The position numbers and the translations under genes are program-made. This document shows, piece by piece, positions 39,864 through 49,738 of a DNA stretch of 64,000 nucleotides (position 1 is its first letter; the number at the start of each line of letters is the position of its first letter). A model generated the notes under the pieces. It was not told where the DNA came from and ran no database searches. It saw nothing but the letters and a program-made list of their open reading frames with translations. The stretch lies in the IMG/VR virus record IMGVR_UViG_3300032287_004484, positions 124,001 through 188,000 of that record, one strand, 5' to 3'.

Positions 39864-41233
39864 TGGCGATGTTACCACCTATAAAGGAATTACAATCAGC
39901 TGCTTTACAAGATTTAAATTTAACTGATGGGATCCTACCTACTGGAGTATATAGACGAGTAACAGGAACATATACTAGTGTTTCTGATAATAATACTGAA
40001 ATTATTTGTTTAGATTTTAATGCTACAGTTTGCGGGACTGGCGCTAGTCTTAATGATTCTTATACTGCTCAAGCAACAATATATCAACCAATAATTAATC
40101 ACGACTCTTCTGGTATTACTATGTTAAAAGGTAATAATGGTTCACTTGGCGGAACTGGTGGAGGTGGTGGCGGTACTTTTGGTGGAGGAAGTACAGCTGG
40201 TGGCACTGGAGGTTCGGGTGGCAGTGGCGGACAAGGATTATCTGGTGGTGATGGTGCAGCAGGTGGTGGTGGCGCAAGTGGAGCAAGTGGGGGAAGCGCA
40301 GTACTATCTTTAGCAGGAGCTAATGGCTCTTCTGGTAGTTCAGGCGGAACTGGTGGAGCTGGAGGTATATTAAATTGTGTTTCTTCAGGCGGAGCAGGTG
40401 GAAGTGGAGGAGGCGGAGGCGGAGGAGCTTCGTTTTTATCTACTCCAGGTGTTCCTGGAGGTGCAGGCGCTAGTGGAAATCCTGGTGCTGGAAATGGAGC
40501 TCCTGGTGCTGCTAGTTCTGATCCTTGTAGTGGTGCTGTTTATCCTGGTGGTTCAGGAGGATCTGGCAATGCTTCTGGAAGTATCAATGGAAATTCTACA
40601 GCTGGAGGCGCAGGAGGCAGCGGTTCTTTAGTTCCTGGTGGAACTGGTAATACTGGTAATAATGGAGGCACTTGTGGTGATATTTTAACTGGTGGTGGTG
40701 GTGGAGGTGGAGCAGGTGGTCCTGGATTATCAGGAGTAGCTTTACCTAGTGGAGTATCTGGTGGTAATGGTGGTACAGGCGGAAATGGTGGTACAGGTGG
40801 TAAACCAAGCAAAAGTCTTTTTATTTATTCTTATAATTCAATAAGTGGTTCTATTTTATCACCTACAATCTCAGGTGCTTCTGGTTTAACGGGATCAGCT
40901 GGTTCTCTTGGATCATCAGTAACTTTAGGATTAAATACTGTAACTTCTGGTAACGGTAGTCCTGGAGGAAATGGAGGAAATGGTTCTAGTGGAGCTAATT
41001 CATATATATCTATTGTAAGCAGAAATACTAATAATATAAATTTAAATATCTGTAGTCCAATTCAAGGATCTAATGGTGATGGAAGTACTGGAAATGGAGG
41101 AGCTGGAGCATTAAGTATTTCTTCTAATGGATCAAATGGATTTACTGGAATAGGTGGAGCAGGTGGAGCAGCTCTTGCTAAAATACCTGCAAGAATTAAA
41201 AATACAAGTTGTGGCTCAATAATTAATATATAA
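39860..41233 (+). CDS. Glycine-rich (polyglycine II-like) fibre/adhesin protein
   Basis: Long GGxGGxGG tracts with scattered Cys; ATGA-coupled to the fibre gene. Confidence 0.75.
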   Translation: MMAMLPPIKELQSAALQDLNLTDGILPTGVYRRVTGTYTSVSDNNTEIICLDFNATVCGTGASLNDSYTAQATIYQPIINHDSSGITMLKGNNGSLGGTGGGGGGTFGGGSTAGGTGGSGGSGGQGLSGGDGAAGGGGASGASGGSAVLSLAGANGSSGSSGGTGGAGGILNCVSSGGAGGSGGGGGGGASFLSTPGVPGGAGASGNPGAGNGAPGAASSDPCSGAVYPGGSGGSGNASGSINGNSTAGGAGGSGSLVPGGTGNTGNNGGTCGDILTGGGGGGGAGGPGLSGVALPSGVSGGNGGTGGNGGTGGKPSKSLFIYSYNSISGSILSPTISGASGLTGSAGSLGSSVTLGLNTVTSGNGSPGGNGGNGSSGANSYISIVSRNTNNINLNICSPIQGSNGDGSTGNGGAGALSISSNGSNGFTGIGGAGGAALAKIPARIKNTSCGSIINI

Positions 41234-41245
41234 AAGGAAATAAAA

Positions 41246-42094
41246 ATGGAATTTACTCAAGCATATATATATAAAATTTTTGTATTTGATTCAAATACTG
41301 GTGAATTATTGAAAACAGAAGATTATTCTAATTTTCCAGATGTTCAAGAAGAAATTATAAAACATAATACTGATAATCAAGATAATCGTTGGAATTTATA
41401 TGTTGGAACAGAATATCCACCTAAAGGTGTAAAATTTGATATAACTATTAAACAATTTGTTGAAAAAACACTTTCTGAAAAATATGCTGATGGAGAAATT
41501 CAAATTTCTGATGAATTTAAGATAGTTAACGATTCATTAGTAAGATTAACTAAAAAAGAATTATATGAAAAAGGACTTATAAAATTAGAATATGACGAAA
41601 AAATAGATGAATTTGATCAAATAGTTAAACTTACTAAAAAAGAAATGTATGAACTTAATAAAATTACTAAATATCAAGTTTTTGATTACTTTATTCAAGA
41701 ATTAAATTTAAAAATAGAAACTAAATTAAAAAATTATTATAATTATCCTATGCAAGAAATAGGAACTTGGTCTTTAAAAAAAGAACAATCAGTCAAATGG
41801 TTAGAATTAACTAATCAAAATAAAATAGATGTTATTAATAATTCAATATCAATATATTATTTACTTTTTTCTGAATCTAATATTTTAGATACTGATAATG
41901 AATCTGATAAAATATTAAAAATTGATATATTATCTAATAAAATAATAAATAAGTATAAAGATTTAGAAACAGTTTACGGCAATATGTTTTTATTAAGAAG
42001 TCAAACTAAAAAACAATTAGAAGATATTTTAAATACTGAAAATAGTAATGTATTTCAAAAAATGGAAGAAGTTTTTAATAATATTAAAACATGA
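41246..42094 (+). CDS. Putative fibre assembly chaperone
   Basis: Acidic/helical, YPMQEIGTW motif, follows a fibre gene; AAGGA RBS. Confidence 0.55.
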   Translation: MEFTQAYIYKIFVFDSNTGELLKTEDYSNFPDVQEEIIKHNTDNQDNRWNLYVGTEYPPKGVKFDITIKQFVEKTLSEKYADGEIQISDEFKIVNDSLVRLTKKELYEKGLIKLEYDEKIDEFDQIVKLTKKEMYELNKITKYQVFDYFIQELNLKIETKLKNYYNYPMQEIGTWSLKKEQSVKWLELTNQNKIDVINNSISIYYLLFSESNILDTDNESDKILKIDILSNKIINKYKDLETVYGNMFLLRSQTKKQLEDILNTENSNVFQKMEEVFNNIKT

Positions 42095-42897
42095 TTATTA
42101 CTTTAACAGTTTGTTATAATAATTTCACTGTAATAGAAAAAAGTATTGATAGATATTATGAATTATGTTATTATAAACCTGATATTCATTTTATTTTAGA
42201 TAATGAATATCCTTTAAATAAAGATAGACTTAAAGAAACACTAAAAAAAATATCTCATAAATATGATTGTCTAATTTTAGAACCTAATAAAAATTTAGGA
42301 ATTAAAAATGGTACAAATTGGGCATTAGATCAAATATCGTTAAGTGATAATGATAAAATAATTATATATGATTCTAATGCTTATCCTATTACTAAACACT
42401 TTGATAAAGCATTAATAGATGTTTTAGAAAATAATGAAGATATTGTCGGAGTTTGTTTAACAGGTGGATCTTCATATACGAATAATTTAGAAAAGTTATA
42501 CGATAAATATTCTAAGCATTATTATTTTAGTGAAAATAATTTTAATATGGGTTCATCAATAGGTGTTTTTAATTATTACATTCATAAACAATTAAAATAT
42601 GATATTGATCTTTATAATAATTATTATGGAGATGCTATAAATTTACCTGATTCAAAATTAAAAAAATTACTTAAAAAAATAGATAAAAAAATGATTTTTT
42701 TATCTGATTATAATGAAAATTTAAAATTTTATTTTAATCAAGAAGATAAAGAATATATAAACTATAAAATTATTGCGCAAATTAATTCTTTAAATGATTT
42801 TAATCTAGAAAAATACCTTTTAAATAAGAATAAATATAATAAAATATCTCTTATAAATTACAAAATAAAAAAAATAAATGAGGTATTAAATTTTTGA
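42091..42897 (+). CDS. Putative GT-A glycosyltransferase (paralog of 44609-45424)
   Basis: TVCYN, LDNEYP, KNLGI, YDSN, FDKALID. Confidence 0.6.
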   Translation: MIITLTVCYNNFTVIEKSIDRYYELCYYKPDIHFILDNEYPLNKDRLKETLKKISHKYDCLILEPNKNLGIKNGTNWALDQISLSDNDKIIIYDSNAYPITKHFDKALIDVLENNEDIVGVCLTGGSSYTNNLEKLYDKYSKHYYFSENNFNMGSSIGVFNYYIHKQLKYDIDLYNNYYGDAINLPDSKLKKLLKKIDKKMIFLSDYNENLKFYFNQEDKEYINYKIIAQINSLNDFNLEKYLLNKNKYNKISLINYKIKKINEVLNF

Positions 42898-43523
42898 AAA
42901 AGGTTGTTATTTTTGGGTTTAGTGGTTTAACTAAAGGTTTTATTGTTAATAATATAGATTATCTTTTAAAAGGTAATATATCTTATGATATAGAATGTAT
43001 TTATATTGATAAGGAATATATAAAAGAAACATCTTTTGAAGGAATACCTATATTAAGTGATATTAATAAATATAAAGGTTATAGTTGTCTTATATTGACT
43101 TATCATCATGATTTAAGAAAAAAATGGATAAAAATTGCTGATTCATTAGAAATGGAGCATATAAGTATAATACATAAAGATAATTATATTGCTGAAAATG
43201 TTAAAATAGGTAAAGGTTGTTTTATAGGTCAGAATAATATAATTGAAAGTGGTGTCATCATAGGTGATTATTTTATTGCTGGATATAATAATAGAATAGG
43301 TCATGATAGTATTATAGGTGATTTTTGTCATATTTATGTTAGTGCTAATATAGGTGGGTATAATAAAATAAAAGATAATACTTCAATATGTTCTTCATCC
43401 TGTACTAAAGAGTATATAAGTATTGGTGATAATTCTATTATTGGTTTAGGTGCAGTTTTATTTAAAGATCTTAATGATAATTGTACAGCAATAGGAAATC
43501 CAGCAAGAGTAATTAAAAAATGA
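42894..43523 (+). CDS. NeuD/PglD-family sugar acetyltransferase
   Basis: Hexapeptide repeats, IGHD, AIGNPAR. Confidence 0.88.
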   Translation: MKKVVIFGFSGLTKGFIVNNIDYLLKGNISYDIECIYIDKEYIKETSFEGIPILSDINKYKGYSCLILTYHHDLRKKWIKIADSLEMEHISIIHKDNYIAENVKIGKGCFIGQNNIIESGVIIGDYFIAGYNNRIGHDSIIGDFCHIYVSANIGGYNKIKDNTSICSSSCTKEYISIGDNSIIGLGAVLFKDLNDNCTAIGNPARVIKK

Positions 43524-44059
43524 TAAAAATACATAAAGATATAGAAAAGAATATTTTTGAAGACTCACTACTTTTTATTTTAGATAATTATGATACTATA
43601 AAAAAGGATCTCTTAAATGTTCCTAAAAAATGTTATTCAGCATTTTATCAAATTCAAAATGTAAGTGATTATGATTCTAATTGGACTTTTTACCCTTTAA
43701 TATATAAAAAAAGAATTTTAGATTTTGAAAGACTAGCAACATTTACTACTCAATTATTAAATGATATAGGGGTTATTAATGCTGGTTTTTCCTTAATTTC
43801 ACCAAAATCAAAAACATCTTTACATAAAGATAATACTCCATATACATATCGTTCACATCTAGGTTTAATAGTTCCAAAAAATAATAGTTTTTTATTAGAT
43901 GGAGAAGATTTTACTGTTAAAGAAAAAGAAATCACTTTATTTTCAACTGAATTAGAACATATAGCAATAAATGATAGTGATGAGGATAGGTTTATACTTT
44001 TATTAGATTTTTTAAGACCTAATATATCTATTAACAAATTATTTTTAAAAAATGTTTAA
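43520..44059 (+). CDS. Aspartyl/asparaginyl beta-hydroxylase-family 2OG-Fe(II) oxygenase
   Basis: AGFSLISP, LHKD, RSHLGLIVP, EHIAIN, RFILLLDF. Confidence 0.85.
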   Translation: MIKIHKDIEKNIFEDSLLFILDNYDTIKKDLLNVPKKCYSAFYQIQNVSDYDSNWTFYPLIYKKRILDFERLATFTTQLLNDIGVINAGFSLISPKSKTSLHKDNTPYTYRSHLGLIVPKNNSFLLDGEDFTVKEKEITLFSTELEHIAINDSDEDRFILLLDFLRPNISINKLFLKNV

Positions 44060-44612
44060 CCAAGAATTAGAAAAATTATTAAATGTAGATATTAAATTAA
44101 ATGCTGAGTTTTATAATGATATTATAGATTCGGAATTATCAATAATATATCACGGTGAAAGATTAGCAAGTATTCTATATAAAAGAAGTGGTTTATTAAA
44201 ATTAAGTAAAATTGAATCAGTACACGCAAAAAAAATAAAAAAAATTATAAAAAAAATACACCCTATTGAAAAAGATTTTTTTAAGTTTTATAAATCAGTA
44301 TTAAAATCGAGGGATTTAAAAAAATATTCTCTTTTAATTGATGATTTAGAACAATATGCTATATATAGGTATAATACATTAATTAAAGTATTAAATGATA
44401 AAATAATAATTAATACACTAAAAGATATATTAAGAGATGAAGCAGATCATTCAAATGATAATATAAAAATTACATATAAAAATAAATTTGAAGGATATGA
44501 AAATTATTATTTATATAATAAGTATATTGATTTTTTAAATATTGATTATGATCAATTTAAAAAAATGATGTGGAATTGTGAGTTTTATAAACAACTAAGA
44601 GGACATAAATGA
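44052..44612 (+). CDS. Ferritin-like di-iron protein
   Basis: Two ExxH motifs (ESVH, DEADH), each preceded by a Glu-bearing helix (GERLA, LEQYA). Confidence 0.65.
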   Translation: MFNQELEKLLNVDIKLNAEFYNDIIDSELSIIYHGERLASILYKRSGLLKLSKIESVHAKKIKKIIKKIHPIEKDFFKFYKSVLKSRDLKKYSLLIDDLEQYAIYRYNTLIKVLNDKIIINTLKDILRDEADHSNDNIKITYKNKFEGYENYYLYNKYIDFLNIDYDQFKKMMWNCEFYKQLRGHK

Positions 44613-45424
44613 ATTTATTTTGTGGAACTATCGCTTATAATAAATTTTCAATATTAGAAAAATCAATTATTAATTTTATTGAAAAATCTAAAATTAAAAA
44701 TAAAACTCATTATGTAATTGATAATAATTATCCTTACGGTGATTCTAAAAAATTAGAAAAATTATGTAATGATTTTAATATTAAATATCTAAATTTTAAT
44801 AAAAATTTAGGGTTATTTAATTCTATGTATGAAATACAAAATTTATGTCAAGAACAAGATTATATTATTTTACACGAAGGAAATAATTTAATTTTAGATG
44901 ATGGATTTGATGAAGCATTAATTGATGCATATAATATTTTTGCTTATGATCATAAAGATGAAATTTATTATTTATGTTTAGAAAATGAATTTAGTAATGA
45001 ATTACAAAAATTACAAAAAAATAATATTAATTATTCTATAATACAAGATAAAAAATTGATTGGTTTTCCTTATTCTGGAACTAATATTTGTAAAAAAGAA
45101 AAATTAAAAGTTTTTTTATCTAATTATAATAATATTTATTTTGATGACCCCTATTTAAATTCAAATATAAAAAAAGATGCTTATATACTTAGAGATTATA
45201 AAGAAATATCACATTATTTTCTTAAAGAAGAAGATATAGAATATAAAATGTATAAAATGATAACTGTTTTTTTAAAATATTCAAAATCTTTTGATGAATT
45301 TTTAAAATTATATAATGAAAAAACTGAATATGTTTATATGATGATTAATAAAATAGATAAAAAAGTATTGAATTATATAGGGTATATTCCAGAAAGTCCT
45401 ATTATAAGGAATAATCATGAGTGA
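44609..45424 (+). CDS. Putative GT-A glycosyltransferase (paralog of 42091-42897)
   Basis: TIAYN, IDNNYP, KNLGL, FDEALID. Confidence 0.6.
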   Translation: MNLFCGTIAYNKFSILEKSIINFIEKSKIKNKTHYVIDNNYPYGDSKKLEKLCNDFNIKYLNFNKNLGLFNSMYEIQNLCQEQDYIILHEGNNLILDDGFDEALIDAYNIFAYDHKDEIYYLCLENEFSNELQKLQKNNINYSIIQDKKLIGFPYSGTNICKKEKLKVFLSNYNNIYFDDPYLNSNIKKDAYILRDYKEISHYFLKEEDIEYKMYKMITVFLKYSKSFDEFLKLYNEKTEYVYMMINKIDKKVLNYIGYIPESPIIRNNHE

Positions 45425-45998
45425 AATAAAAACATATCTTAATCAAAATATTGTTTCTTTATACGAAGATAAATTAAAATATTTACAAAAAAATATTAAT
45501 GTTTTTAAACAGGAATTATCTGATATACCTTTAGATAAATATGAAAACTTATTATTTATGAAAGATGTTGTAGATGATGATTATAAATGGAAAGTATATG
45601 GGATAAGATATAAATATAAAAACATTGATTTTGGAGATTATGCTCCAAAATCTGAAAGAATTTTAAATGAAATTAATTGTGTTAATGGTGGTTTTAGTTT
45701 ATTTTTACCAAATACAGAAACAACTTTACATTCTGGAACTACTCCTTACACTTATAGAAGTCATCTTGGATTAGATGTACCAGAAAATTGCGGTTTTATT
45801 TGTAATGATAATGATATCAGTATTAAAAATGGCGATATAAATTTTTTTGATGCTACTGATAAACATCAAGCTTGGAATAAATCTCAAAAAAATAGAATTA
45901 TATTATTAGTTGATTTTTTAAAACCAAATATTGATAAAAACAATATAATAAGAGGAACTAAGCAGCAAACTAATATTAAAACATATAAGAATAATTAA
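45417..45998 (+). CDS. Aspartyl/asparaginyl beta-hydroxylase-family 2OG-Fe(II) oxygenase
   Basis: GGFSLFLP, LHSG, RSHLGLDVP, FFD..KHQAWN, RIILLVDF. Confidence 0.85.
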   Translation: MSEIKTYLNQNIVSLYEDKLKYLQKNINVFKQELSDIPLDKYENLLFMKDVVDDDYKWKVYGIRYKYKNIDFGDYAPKSERILNEINCVNGGFSLFLPNTETTLHSGTTPYTYRSHLGLDVPENCGFICNDNDISIKNGDINFFDATDKHQAWNKSQKNRIILLVDFLKPNIDKNNIIRGTKQQTNIKTYKNN

Positions 45999-45999
45999 A

Positions 46000-47115
46000 A
46001 TGATCAATATACATCAACCGAAAATAGATTTATTTGATAAATTTGAAATACTTAAAACTTTATCAACAAATTGGATAGGTAAAGGTAAAAAAGTAGAAGA
46101 ATTTGAAAAAAACTTACAAGATTATCTTCAATTAAAAAATATCACCACAGTTACTTCTGGTACACAAGCTCTATATGAAGTTTTTAGATTATTAAAATCT
46201 AAAACTCAAAAAAAAGAAATTATAGTTTCATCACTATCTTTTATTGGAGTTTTAAGTTCGTTAAAAATAAATGATTTTGATTTTGTCTATGCTGACATAG
46301 ATAAAAGTCATTTAAGTTTATCATTAAAATCAATTAATCAAAAAATAACTGAAAATACAGCAGCTGTTGTGATACAACATTATGGCGGTAGACCAAATCA
46401 TGAAATAGAAAAAATAGCAAAATCTTTAAAACAAAAAAATATTTATTTAATTGAAGATTGTGCAACAGTTTTCGGAGGAACTATAAATGATATTCATCTT
46501 GGTAGTTATAGTGACTTCGCAATTTGGTCTTTTGATTCCGTAAAAATAATTACTACCTTAGATGGTGGAGCAATTTATTGTAAAAATAGCGATGATCTAC
46601 AAAAAATAAAAGAAAATATACATTTTGGATTAGTTGATTCACCTACCTCTTATAGTGCTTTTCAAAAGAAAAATGAATGGTGGGAAATAAATCCTAAATC
46701 ATATGGAACTCGTAATGTATTAAACGATGTTACTGCTTCACTTGGAATCTCTCAATTAAAAAAAATAAAAAAATTTATAAAATGTCAACAAGATGTATGG
46801 GATTTTTATTTAAATAATATAAAAAACAAAAAAATATCTTTTCCAATAGAATCGTCACCACATATTAAAGAATCTTATTTCTTTTTTTGGATTTTATCGC
46901 CAGAAAGGGATCAATTAGCTCAATTTTTAAAAAAAAATGAAATCTTTAGCACTTTTAGATATTATCCTTTACATAAAACTGAACTATATCATAAAGAAAA
47001 TGTTTTTTTACCAAATACTGATTTTATGTATCAAAGATTATTATGTCTACCTTGTCATAAAAGTTTAATAATAAAAGATTTAAAATATATAATAAATTTA
47101 ATAAATAAATTTTAA
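46000..47115 (+). CDS. DegT/DnrJ/EryC1/StrS sugar aminotransferase
   Basis: SGTQAL, HYGG, IEDCA, SFDSVKIITTLDGG, LCLP. Confidence 0.92.
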   Translation: MINIHQPKIDLFDKFEILKTLSTNWIGKGKKVEEFEKNLQDYLQLKNITTVTSGTQALYEVFRLLKSKTQKKEIIVSSLSFIGVLSSLKINDFDFVYADIDKSHLSLSLKSINQKITENTAAVVIQHYGGRPNHEIEKIAKSLKQKNIYLIEDCATVFGGTINDIHLGSYSDFAIWSFDSVKIITTLDGGAIYCKNSDDLQKIKENIHFGLVDSPTSYSAFQKKNEWWEINPKSYGTRNVLNDVTASLGISQLKKIKKFIKCQQDVWDFYLNNIKNKKISFPIESSPHIKESYFFFWILSPERDQLAQFLKKNEIFSTFRYYPLHKTELYHKENVFLPNTDFMYQRLLCLPCHKSLIIKDLKYIINLINKF

Positions 47116-47148
47116 AAGGCTAATAAAAGTTATTACATAGTTTAAATA

Positions 47149-48057
47149 ATGAATAAAAATATATACATACAAATAACTGGTGGAGTTGGTAAACATGTAG
47201 CCTTTACTTGTCTTTTACCCTTACTTAAAAATAAATATGAAAATATATACATATCCTGTATATATGAAGATATATTTAAAGGAAATCCTTATGTAAAAGA
47301 AGTAAATCCTAAAGTAGATAAAACTTTTTATAAAAATATTATTCTCAACGATAAAACAAAAATAGTTTTAAGTGATCCATATGATTCTGAACTATTTTTA
47401 AAAAAGAAAATTCACATGTTAGAAGCTTGGGGAAATTTATGTGAAATAGAAATAAATAACCCTATGAATTTAAAAACAGAACTTTACATGACAGAACGTG
47501 AAAAATTTACTGTAGATAAAGTAATAAATGAATTGAGAATAAAAACTAAAGATAAATTTATTATGATACAGTTAAATGGAGGACAAAGCCCTCATAACTT
47601 TGATATGAATAATGAAAAGGAATTTACATTTTTTAATGAAGAATCAAAAAGATTTTATCCTTTTGATTATTATATAGAACTTATCAAAAAATTAAAACAA
47701 AATTATCCAGAACATGCTATAATTAGATATGGTCTTATGAATGAAACAATACCAAATGAAATAAGTAATTTAATATTAACTATTCAACCAGCAATTCTTT
47801 ATAAAAATTATTATTGGATTTCTCAATACGCTAAACATGTAATATGTATAGATTCATCCTTACAACACATGACAGCAGGCATAAAACCTTCCGTAGTTAT
47901 TTGGGGAAATACAAAATCAGAACATTTTGGATACAATATTCATAAAAACTTACAAGAAAATAATGAGGACACGACGTCTTACTGTAGACCACTAGGAGAA
48001 AATAATCCCAACATTAAGTTTCCTTCTCCAAACAAAATAATGGAAAATTTAATATAG
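47149..48057 (+). CDS. GT9-like (GT-B) glycosyltransferase
   Basis: GGVGKHV, IDSSLQH, SVVIWGNT, FGY. Confidence 0.75.
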   Translation: MNKNIYIQITGGVGKHVAFTCLLPLLKNKYENIYISCIYEDIFKGNPYVKEVNPKVDKTFYKNIILNDKTKIVLSDPYDSELFLKKKIHMLEAWGNLCEIEINNPMNLKTELYMTEREKFTVDKVINELRIKTKDKFIMIQLNGGQSPHNFDMNNEKEFTFFNEESKRFYPFDYYIELIKKLKQNYPEHAIIRYGLMNETIPNEISNLILTIQPAILYKNYYWISQYAKHVICIDSSLQHMTAGIKPSVVIWGNTKSEHFGYNIHKNLQENNEDTTSYCRPLGENNPNIKFPSPNKIMENLI

Positions 48058-48156
48058 TTAAAAACATTTAAAAAATGAAGTATATTAAAAATTAAATAAA
48101 ATTTAATTATTTTATAAACAGCAAACCTAAATATATTTTATAAAAAATGGTATTAA

Positions 48157-49737
48157 ATGAAATATATTAATTTATCATCTTTAGTTAGAAATTCAAATGA
48201 AAACGATGACATATTATCGTTATCAGCCAAAAAAGGATTCGCACTAGATTTTACAATAGTAAATACATCTGGTACTCTTAACAATTATTCAATTTCAGAA
48301 GAATCTTCTTTTAAATTTACAGCAGCTACTAATATCACTGGATTTAGTGGAGGATTTAATGGTAAATTTCTATATATTTATAATGGAAATAATTCGTCTG
48401 TTTTAATTTTAAATAATAACTCTTTATCATCTTTATCTCAAAATAGAATTTTAACTAATACTGGTGCTGATTTAGAAATTCCAATTAATGGCGGAGTAAT
48501 TTTACAATATGACAGTGATTCGTCCGTTTGGAGAATAATAGGTGGAAGCGGAAGTGGAGCATCAACTGGTGGAGGATCTAGCGTCACATTTACTTCTTCA
48601 ACTGATTTTTCTCTTGGTAGTCCAATATATTTTAGTTCTAGTGGTACGTGGCAATTAGCAAAAGCTGATTTAGATACGACTTCTGTTCAATATGTAATTT
48701 CTCAAAAAACAGGTTCTGGAAGTATTTCTTATACTGCTCTAGCAAGTGGAGAAATAACTTTAACAACGGGACAATGGGATGTAGTTACAAATGGTAGTGG
48801 CGGATTAACATCTGGGTCAATTTATTTCTTATCATCTTCTACAGCAGGTAAAATATCTACTAATGTTGGATTAATTTATGCACCAGTTCTAAGAGCTCTT
48901 TCATCAACTAAAGGATTCGTTTCTCTTTCAATTAATTCAATCGAAAGTGGAATGGGTGATACTTTTTATCGAGATACTGTTACAACAATTGCTAATACAT
49001 CAGCAATAACTCTAACTTATCCACCTGCTGGTAAAGCATATACTTGGTTATCTATTGATGGAGCAATTCAAAGTGGAATTGATTTTGACCTTGCAGGTAA
49101 TACCCTAACTTTAGGAGCAACAGTTCCATCTGGAACTTTAATAGATGTTTTATATGCTAGAGCAGTTCTATTAGCCGATTCTAATGCAATTAATAAAATG
49201 GTCGCATTTAGTGAAACAGTAACTGGATCAGCAAAAACAACTTTTAATTTACCTTCAGTTCCATCTGGATTAAATTCTTGTATAGTTTTTGTAGGAGGAT
49301 CTATTCAAGATACTTCTAAATTTAATCTTTCTGGTAATGTTTTATCTATGAGTGATCCAGTCCCAGTAGGAGTTCAATTAGTTGCTTATATTTTAAATTC
49401 AAGTGGAATTTCAAATAGCATAGATTCATATGTAAATCGTCAAGCATATAATTTATCAGCAAATGGAGCAATTTCAATATCAACTATATTTGGAAGTCAA
49501 AGTACTGGATTTTATAGATTTTTTGATATGAATGATCCTAGAATAAGTGGAACAATATCTTTAAAACATAATGGCATTGGCGTTGATCCAGATATAAGAG
49601 TTGATTCAAACAGTAGTTTAATTAGTATAACAATAAATACCGCAAGTAAAGTTAATATCTATATATCTTCTAACTTACTAACCTTTCAAAATTTAACATC
49701 TAACACTTTAGCTTTAAGGATTTATAGAGAGATATAA
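48157..49737 (+). CDS. Tail fibre/adaptor protein
   Basis: N-terminus homologous to 37887 protein, two IDGAIQ/VGGSIQ repeats, C-terminal DPRISGT domain. Confidence 0.8.
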   Translation: MKYINLSSLVRNSNENDDILSLSAKKGFALDFTIVNTSGTLNNYSISEESSFKFTAATNITGFSGGFNGKFLYIYNGNNSSVLILNNNSLSSLSQNRILTNTGADLEIPINGGVILQYDSDSSVWRIIGGSGSGASTGGGSSVTFTSSTDFSLGSPIYFSSSGTWQLAKADLDTTSVQYVISQKTGSGSISYTALASGEITLTTGQWDVVTNGSGGLTSGSIYFLSSSTAGKISTNVGLIYAPVLRALSSTKGFVSLSINSIESGMGDTFYRDTVTTIANTSAITLTYPPAGKAYTWLSIDGAIQSGIDFDLAGNTLTLGATVPSGTLIDVLYARAVLLADSNAINKMVAFSETVTGSAKTTFNLPSVPSGLNSCIVFVGGSIQDTSKFNLSGNVLSMSDPVPVGVQLVAYILNSSGISNSIDSYVNRQAYNLSANGAISISTIFGSQSTGFYRFFDMNDPRISGTISLKHNGIGVDPDIRVDSNSSLISITINTASKVNIYISSNLLTFQNLTSNTLALRIYREI

Positions 49738-49738
49738 A

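Noticed and set aside
40377-40812. Pro-rich and other alternative-frame ORFs over the Gly-rich gene
   Set aside because: Shadow ORFs caused by GGN codon runs
39860-48057. RiPP/bacteriocin cluster interpretation
   Set aside because: No short precursor, peptidase or exporter; the Gly-rich gene is coupled to fibre genes
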